Below, in pieces: positions 58,671 to 64,000 of a stretch of DNA of 64,000 bases; the first letter of the stretch is position 1, and the number at the start of each line of letters is the position of its first letter. This stretch comes from an uncultured Ignavibacteria bacterium (lineage in GTDB: Bacteria; Bacteroidota; Ignavibacteria; Tepidaquicellales; OLB5), in the NCBI GenBank assembly GCA_937873695.1, contig CALMYL010000006.1, forward strand, positions 289,185-353,184, in the 5' to 3' direction. The translations under genes and the position numbers were made by a program. The notes under the pieces are model-generated. The model was not told the DNA's origin. It saw only the letters and a program-made list of their open reading frames with translations, and did not search any database.

Positions 58671-60032
58671 ATGAAAAAATTTACAGGTTTAAATTTTAGG
58701 GTTATTCTATTCAGCATCCTTACTATTCTTGCTTCAAATATCGATCTGCATTCGCAGGTTTGGCAGCAAATGGGAACCGGAACCGGAGGTGTTGTAAATG
58801 CAGTAACTGTATACAATAATCAATTGGTAGCTGCAGGTTATTTTGCAGTTGCAGGCGGTCAGCTGGTTAATAACATCGCAAGGTGGACAGGTTCTGCATG
58901 GCAGCCGCTTGGCCTGGGTACAAATGATTCGATATTTTGTCTTGCAATATATAACAACACTCTAGTTGCAGGCGGAAGGTTTACTTCGGCGGGTGGTGTA
59001 AACTGCAACAAAGTTGCCATATGGAACGGTACATCATGGAGCACGACCGGTGTGACAATAAACGGGAATGTTCTTGCGCTTGCAGTATCAGGTGCTAACC
59101 TGGTTGCAGGAGGCAATTTCACAATAGTCAATTCAAGGAACATGGCAAGAATTGCACGATGGAACGGCGCCAACTGGGATTCATTGGGTGCGGGATTTAA
59201 TGGTACTGTAAATGCGCTTGCGCAGTTTAATTCTGTACTTTATGCAGCAGGAAGTTTTACAATTTCTGACGGCTTTCCTGTGAACAGGATCTCCAGACTT
59301 GTCGGCAATTCATGGACAAATGTGGGTGTTGGTGTGGATGATGGAGCTGTAAATTGTCTGCGTGTATTTAACAGCTCGCTTTATGCCGGCGGTTCATTCA
59401 CTACTATCGGAGGTTCAACAACCAACAGGATCGCAAGATGGAACGGGACCAGCTGGTCAAACGTAGGTTTTGGATTCAGCGGTAACGTACACGCATTGCA
59501 TTCACTGGGTACTAATCTTTATGCCGGCGGTGAATTTGATTTCGCCGATTTTCTGCCTGCAAATAAAATAGCTGCATTTAACGGTACTACCTGGTCAGCA
59601 TTGGGGACAGGTATAGGTGGCAGCTCTCCAAGGGTAAAAGGTATTGCAAGCTTCCTGGGTGATATTATTGCAGGAGGCACTTTCACAACAGCCGGCGGAG
59701 TTGCTGTGAATAATATTGCAAACTGGAAATTGACCGTGGGAATAACGCAAACAGGTAACAACATTCCTGCGGCGTATTCACTGAGCCAGAATTATCCTAA
59801 TCCGTTTAACCCGCAAACAAATATCAAATTTGATCTGCCTTCAAATGGTTATGTAACTTTATCTGTTTTCGATTCAAAAGGCGAATTGGTTCAGATTCTG
59901 GTTAATAATGAGTTAACAGCCGGCGGCTACGAAGTAACAATGGATGCTTCGGCACTCCCAAGCGGTGTATACTTCTATAAGCTTAATACCGAAGGATTTA
60001 CTGCGACAAAAAAAATGATACTGGTTAAATAA
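58671..60032 (+). CDS. seven-bladed Kelch-like beta-propeller protein with T9SS CTD
   Basis: Signal peptide ...LHS|Q; seven ~46-aa repeats of the form (A/I)RWNG.SW..(L/V)G.G..G.V.AL.....LYAGG.F; CTD QNYPNPFNPQTNIKFDLP...SGVYFYKL. Confidence 0.7.
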   Translation: MKKFTGLNFRVILFSILTILASNIDLHSQVWQQMGTGTGGVVNAVTVYNNQLVAAGYFAVAGGQLVNNIARWTGSAWQPLGLGTNDSIFCLAIYNNTLVAGGRFTSAGGVNCNKVAIWNGTSWSTTGVTINGNVLALAVSGANLVAGGNFTIVNSRNMARIARWNGANWDSLGAGFNGTVNALAQFNSVLYAAGSFTISDGFPVNRISRLVGNSWTNVGVGVDDGAVNCLRVFNSSLYAGGSFTTIGGSTTNRIARWNGTSWSNVGFGFSGNVHALHSLGTNLYAGGEFDFADFLPANKIAAFNGTTWSALGTGIGGSSPRVKGIASFLGDIIAGGTFTTAGGVAVNNIANWKLTVGITQTGNNIPAAYSLSQNYPNPFNPQTNIKFDLPSNGYVTLSVFDSKGELVQILVNNELTAGGYEVTMDASALPSGVYFYKLNTEGFTATKKMILVK

Positions 60033-60053
60033 AAGATATCATCATTTATATAA

Positions 60054-60087
60054 AGCCTGTTCAGTTTTGCTGAACAGGCTTTTTTTA
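60054..60087 (+). terminator. rho-independent terminator
   Basis: AGCCTGTTCAG-ttttg-CTGAACAGGCT followed by TTTTTTT. Confidence 0.8.
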
Positions 60088-60130
60088 CGGGGTTATTTAA
60101 CTTTCAATTATTATATATTATATTGTATTT

Positions 60131-61282
60131 ATGAAACAATTCCGCTGCGCTATTTATTGTTTAATTGTTTTATCATTTAACCCGGTTTTATCACAGCCCG
60201 TAACAAGGTTCGCGGCAATTGGCGACTACGGCAGATGGTATACAGAAGGCGAAGCCCTTGTATCACAAATGGTGCATGGCTGGAACCCTGATTTTATTAT
60301 CACGCTTGGTGATAATAATTACGAATACGGCGCTGATTCTACCATAGATTCCAATATAGGGCAGTTTTATCATGATTACATAAGGCCTTATTTCGGTGTT
60401 TTCGGCAATGAAGCACCGTTTAATAAATTTTTCCCTTCGCTTGGTAACCATGACTGGTATTCTGATTCAGCAAACGCTTACCTTGATTTTTTTACACTTC
60501 CCGGCAACGAAAGATATTATGATTATATCAGGGGTAATTGCCATTTTTTTGTGATTGACAGTGACCCTAATGAACCCGATGGGATCTTGTTTAATTCCTT
60601 CCAGGCTATGTGGCTAAAGGGCAAATTGGCTCAGTCAGGCTCAAGGTTTAAAATTGTATACTTCCACCATCCTCCTTATTCATCGGGGCAGCATGGTAAT
60701 TCAACTGACATGCAGTGGCCGTTTAAGGAGTGGGGCGCAAATGTTGTCCTTTGCGGGCACGAGCATAATTACGAAAGACTTGTTGGGGAAGATGGGTTAA
60801 CATATTTTGTAAATGGTCTTGGAGGAAAGGATTGGAGGGAGTTTGCTTCTGTTGTGCCTGAAAGCAGGGTAAGGTTCACCGGCAACTATGGTGCTATGCT
60901 TGTTACAAGTTATGCGGATAGTCTGAACCTGAAATTTATTGCATATCCTGATTCAGTTAAAGATGATACCACGATTGTTTTGCCTCCTATTGGTATTGAC
61001 CCGGTTTCGGAAGTCGCAGACAGGTTTGTACTTAAGCAGAACTATCCGAACCCATTTAATCCTTCAACATCAATTAGTTTCCGGATTCCTCAAAATGAAC
61101 AGGTTAACATAAACATTTATGATATAAACGGAAAACTTGTTGAAGAGTTGGTGAATAAAAGTTTATCGGCGGGAAATCATTTTATTGAATGGAATGCGGT
61201 AAACTACACAAGCGGAATTTACTTCTATAGAATTACTGCGGGTAATTTTACTGACGTAAAGAAAATGATATTAGTCAAGTAG
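60131..61282 (+). CDS. secreted calcineurin-like metallophosphoesterase with T9SS CTD
   Basis: Signal peptide ...VLS|Q; motifs IGDYG, GDNNY, GNHD, HHPPYSS, GHEHNYER; CTD QNYPNPFNPSTSISFRIP...SGIYFYRI. Confidence 0.8.
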   Translation: MKQFRCAIYCLIVLSFNPVLSQPVTRFAAIGDYGRWYTEGEALVSQMVHGWNPDFIITLGDNNYEYGADSTIDSNIGQFYHDYIRPYFGVFGNEAPFNKFFPSLGNHDWYSDSANAYLDFFTLPGNERYYDYIRGNCHFFVIDSDPNEPDGILFNSFQAMWLKGKLAQSGSRFKIVYFHHPPYSSGQHGNSTDMQWPFKEWGANVVLCGHEHNYERLVGEDGLTYFVNGLGGKDWREFASVVPESRVRFTGNYGAMLVTSYADSLNLKFIAYPDSVKDDTTIVLPPIGIDPVSEVADRFVLKQNYPNPFNPSTSISFRIPQNEQVNINIYDINGKLVEELVNKSLSAGNHFIEWNAVNYTSGIYFYRITAGNFTDVKKMILVK

Positions 61283-61308
61283 TTAACAAATTTACATATA
61301 TTTATTGA

Positions 61309-61341
61309 AGCCTTTTGCTGTTTGCAGCGAAAGGCTTTTTT
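61309..61341 (+). terminator. rho-independent terminator
   Basis: AGCCTTTTGCTG-ttt-GCAGCGAAAGGCT followed by TTTTT. Confidence 0.75.
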
Positions 61342-61418
61342 ACTTTTTGGGGATATTAATTATATAATAGAATTATTCCAAAAACATTGATATTATTGAA
61401 TATCTAAATTTCATTATT

Positions 61419-63152
61419 ATGAGAACTTTGATATTGGTTTTATCGGTACTTTTTTTCCTTACTTTAGATATATTTTCACAGAACTGGATAACCACAGGCG
61501 GCAATTTGCAAAGAAACGGATTGAGTGAAATTACAGGTCCAAATTCAATTGCAGGCACGTATTGGTCAGTCAACAGCACAAATAATACCGCGTGGGGCAA
61601 TTCAATTTATACTTACGGCGATAAGTTTGTTACATCGCGCATAGTACTTTCACCTTACACCGGTAAAATTGAACTCAGAAATATCAACACCGGGGCGTTA
61701 ATCTGGGAAAAGATGATAAATTCAACATCCCGAATGTACGCTGTTGGATTTACAGAAGACGCAGTGTACGCGCATGATTATTTATCGGGGATATTGTATG
61801 CTTTGAATATTTCCGATGGCTCAGTGAAGTGGTCTATCGCATCAGATATGTTTCCCGGGAATACAGGTTTGCTTTTTGCATGTGATGGCGACCCCATTGA
61901 TAAGGGTAGAAGGATAAATAAAAATACGGGCGTTGCCAGGTGGACTAATAACTATATTATACCGGTTGGACCCGACGGCGGTTTCTGTTTATATGGCAAT
62001 ACCTATTATCACTGGACCGGTTCCGTAGTTACTCCCAAAAAGCTTATTGCTATAGATGTGAACACGGGGGTAACCAAATATACGTCAGCTGACCTGCCGG
62101 GTGATGGTGACCAGGAAAATGATCTGTGTATCGGTCCTAATGGTACCATATATATATGCAGAGATGGAGGTGCGCTTTATGCATTCCAGGATAACGGTAC
62201 GGCGTTTGTACAGTTGTGGAGTCATACCCCGGGTTATGTAGTTAAGGGTGTTGGCAAGGATGGTTCACTTTATGCTTCTAACATCAACGACCCATCTCAA
62301 TTCGCAAACAGCAATATTTACAGGCTTGATCCTGCAAACGGGAATATTCTCGACTCAGCGCAGATCAGAACACCGCTGGCCTATATGTCCGCAGGGGCTG
62401 ATTCAACAATCATAGTAACCACAGGTGAAACCGGAAACGGAAGATACGTTGCATTTACACCAAACCTGCAGACAATAAAATGGTCCCTGAATGTACCCTA
62501 TAATTATTATAGCGGCTCTAACCTGGGGCAGAATGGAATTTTTATAGCAGCAGGTGCGGGTGCGGAAATTAAGGCGTACAAAACAAATTACAACATTAAG
62601 CCTGTTGCTGATTTTAAAGCAAGTAAAACACTCATATTCATGAGTGAATCAATTTCATTTTCTGATCAATCTTCTTATAATCCAACATCATGGTCATGGC
62701 AGTTTCCGGGTTCAAACACTCCGAGCTCCACATTGCAGAATCCTGCGAACATAACATATAGTTCACCGGGTATTTACCAGGTTACGCTTGTTGCTTCAAA
62801 CAGTTTTGGCAGTGATACGCTGATTAAAACCTGTTACATAAATGTGCAGAATGAAACGGGGATCAGTATTATTGAGTATGGGATACCATCAAAATTCTCT
62901 CTTGGACAAAATTATCCCAATCCGTTCAATCCAATGACAAAGTTCAAATTCCAAATGCCAAAATCGGGATTTACAAAACTTGTCATATCTGATATTGCCG
63001 GTAAAATAGTTGCAACACTAGTGAATGAAGAACTGTATTCCGGTACATATGAAGTTGACTGGGATGCATCGGAGTATTCAAGCGGGGTATATTTTTATAC
63101 TTTGACTTCAGGTGATTTTAAAGAAACTAAAAAGATGTTGTTAATAAAATAA
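61419..63152 (+). CDS. PQQ-like (BamB-like) beta-propeller + PKD domain + T9SS CTD protein
   Basis: Signal peptide ...IFS|Q; repeated ..G.(I/V)(K/I)W motifs (TGALIWEK, DGSVKWSI, TGVARWTN, LQTIKWSL); PKD segment ADFKAS...ISFSDQS...WSWQFPG...GIYQVTLVASNSFGSD; CTD QNYPNPFNPMTKFKFQMP...SGVYFYTL. Confidence 0.75.
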   Translation: MRTLILVLSVLFFLTLDIFSQNWITTGGNLQRNGLSEITGPNSIAGTYWSVNSTNNTAWGNSIYTYGDKFVTSRIVLSPYTGKIELRNINTGALIWEKMINSTSRMYAVGFTEDAVYAHDYLSGILYALNISDGSVKWSIASDMFPGNTGLLFACDGDPIDKGRRINKNTGVARWTNNYIIPVGPDGGFCLYGNTYYHWTGSVVTPKKLIAIDVNTGVTKYTSADLPGDGDQENDLCIGPNGTIYICRDGGALYAFQDNGTAFVQLWSHTPGYVVKGVGKDGSLYASNINDPSQFANSNIYRLDPANGNILDSAQIRTPLAYMSAGADSTIIVTTGETGNGRYVAFTPNLQTIKWSLNVPYNYYSGSNLGQNGIFIAAGAGAEIKAYKTNYNIKPVADFKASKTLIFMSESISFSDQSSYNPTSWSWQFPGSNTPSSTLQNPANITYSSPGIYQVTLVASNSFGSDTLIKTCYINVQNETGISIIEYGIPSKFSLGQNYPNPFNPMTKFKFQMPKSGFTKLVISDIAGKIVATLVNEELYSGTYEVDWDASEYSSGVYFYTLTSGDFKETKKMLLIK

Positions 63153-63157
63153 TGATC

Positions 63158-64000
63158 ATGAAAAAAATTATACTTATGCTTTTAATACCCTTTTTAACAT
63201 TTTCACAGGGTTGGTTCATTCAGACGACATTCAGCCCGGCACAGTCATTGCAAACAGTCAGGTTTTATGACCAGAATACAGGTTATACCACTGCCCCGCT
63301 GTATAACGGTTCAAACTTTAATATCCACAAAACCACTAATGCCGGAGCTAACTGGTCTGACCAGAACTCAGGATATACTTCAATGCGTTTCATGGCAATA
63401 TGGATCCAGCATCCGGATACTGTTTATATGAGCGGTAACGACGGGAAGATCATCAAGACAGTTAACGGCGGCAGTAATTGGGTGACAGTTTATTCCGAAA
63501 CGGCTCTTCAGTTGTGGGGATTGTTCTTTGTGAATTCATTGACGGGCTTCACGGCAGGCTCAACAGGAAGAATAATGAAAACTACAAATGCGGGAGTTAA
63601 CTGGGTTACAATGACATCCCCGACTCAAACCTCACTGAGCTCTATCTATTTTATCAATGAAACCACCGGTTTCATTTCAGGTTCAGCCATTGCGCTTAAA
63701 ACCACAGACCAGGGCGCAAGCTGGGTCAACATGAACGCGCCGTTCATAAGTGGTTTTGAAAATTTCAGGGAAATATATTTCTTTAATGAAAATCTTGGAT
63801 TATATGTAAGCGATGCGGGCAGAATTGTCAAAACTACAAACAGCGGTGCAAACTGGAATTTGGTCAATTCAGGTACAACGCAGTCTCTGTTTGGAGTGAA
63901 GTTTATTGATGTAATGACCGGTTATGCCTGCGGGAATGCAGGAGCGATTGTGAGAACAACTGATGGAGGAGAGAACTGGTTCAGTCAGAGCTCGCCGCTC
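63158..64000 (+). CDS. Ycf48-like/BNR-repeat propeller protein, 3'-truncated by the window edge
   Basis: Not in the ORF track because no stop falls within the window. ATG at 63158 gives MKKIILMLLIPFLTFS|QGW, and the frame stays open for 281 codons to 64000. Repeats are TTNAGANW, TVNGGSNW, TTNAGVNW, TTDQGASW, TTNSGANW, TTDGGENW. Confidence 0.65.
   Translation, partial: MKKIILMLLIPFLTFSQGWFIQTTFSPAQSLQTVRFYDQNTGYTTAPLYNGSNFNIHKTTNAGANWSDQNSGYTSMRFMAIWIQHPDTVYMSGNDGKIIKTVNGGSNWVTVYSETALQLWGLFFVNSLTGFTAGSTGRIMKTTNAGVNWVTMTSPTQTSLSSIYFINETTGFISGSAIALKTTDQGASWVNMNAPFISGFENFREIYFFNENLGLYVSDAGRIVKTTNSGANWNLVNSGTTQSLFGVKFIDVMTGYACGNAGAIVRTTDGGENWFSQSSPL

Overview
This AT-rich 64-kb chromosomal window most likely comes from an FCB-superphylum bacterium, probably Ignavibacteria-like. 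That placement is inferred from repeated C-terminal NYPNPFNP...SG(I/V)YFY type IX secretion (T9SS) sorting domains, TAnnTTTG promoter-like boxes, and signal peptides ending just before Gln. I call 54 protein-coding loci, including one toxin pseudogene and one gene running off the 3' edge. I found no rRNA, tRNA, CRISPR array, transposase or integrase. Housekeeping genes (ispH, ispG, ispD, rpsA, eno, queA, lipB, suhB-like, an M1 aminopeptidase, an MltD-like transglycosylase) are interrupted by three islands of secreted T9SS cargo: 17.5-23.5 kb, 26.8-38.9 kb and 57.4-64 kb. I do not see a self-contained, obviously new multi-gene machine such as a defence island. The best novelty candidates are: (1) a ~1.06-kb CARDB-like/P-domain/CTD cassette shared, with mosaic similarity, by two S8 subtilases and a non-protease BNR propeller; (2) a four-helix-bundle (23S-rRNA-IVS/Avd-like) gene flanked by inverted GAAATAGT octamer arrays and wedged between livK-like and livH of an apparently truncated liv operon; (3) a TetR-headed operon of secreted propellers plus a serine hydrolase, with a perfect operator-like palindrome; (4) a 1788-aa REC-PAS(~11)-histidine kinase with an exact 3 x 396-nt module triplication; and (5) a ParE/RelE toxin inactivated by an in-frame TAG. 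All family assignments come from motifs read by eye. No searches were run.
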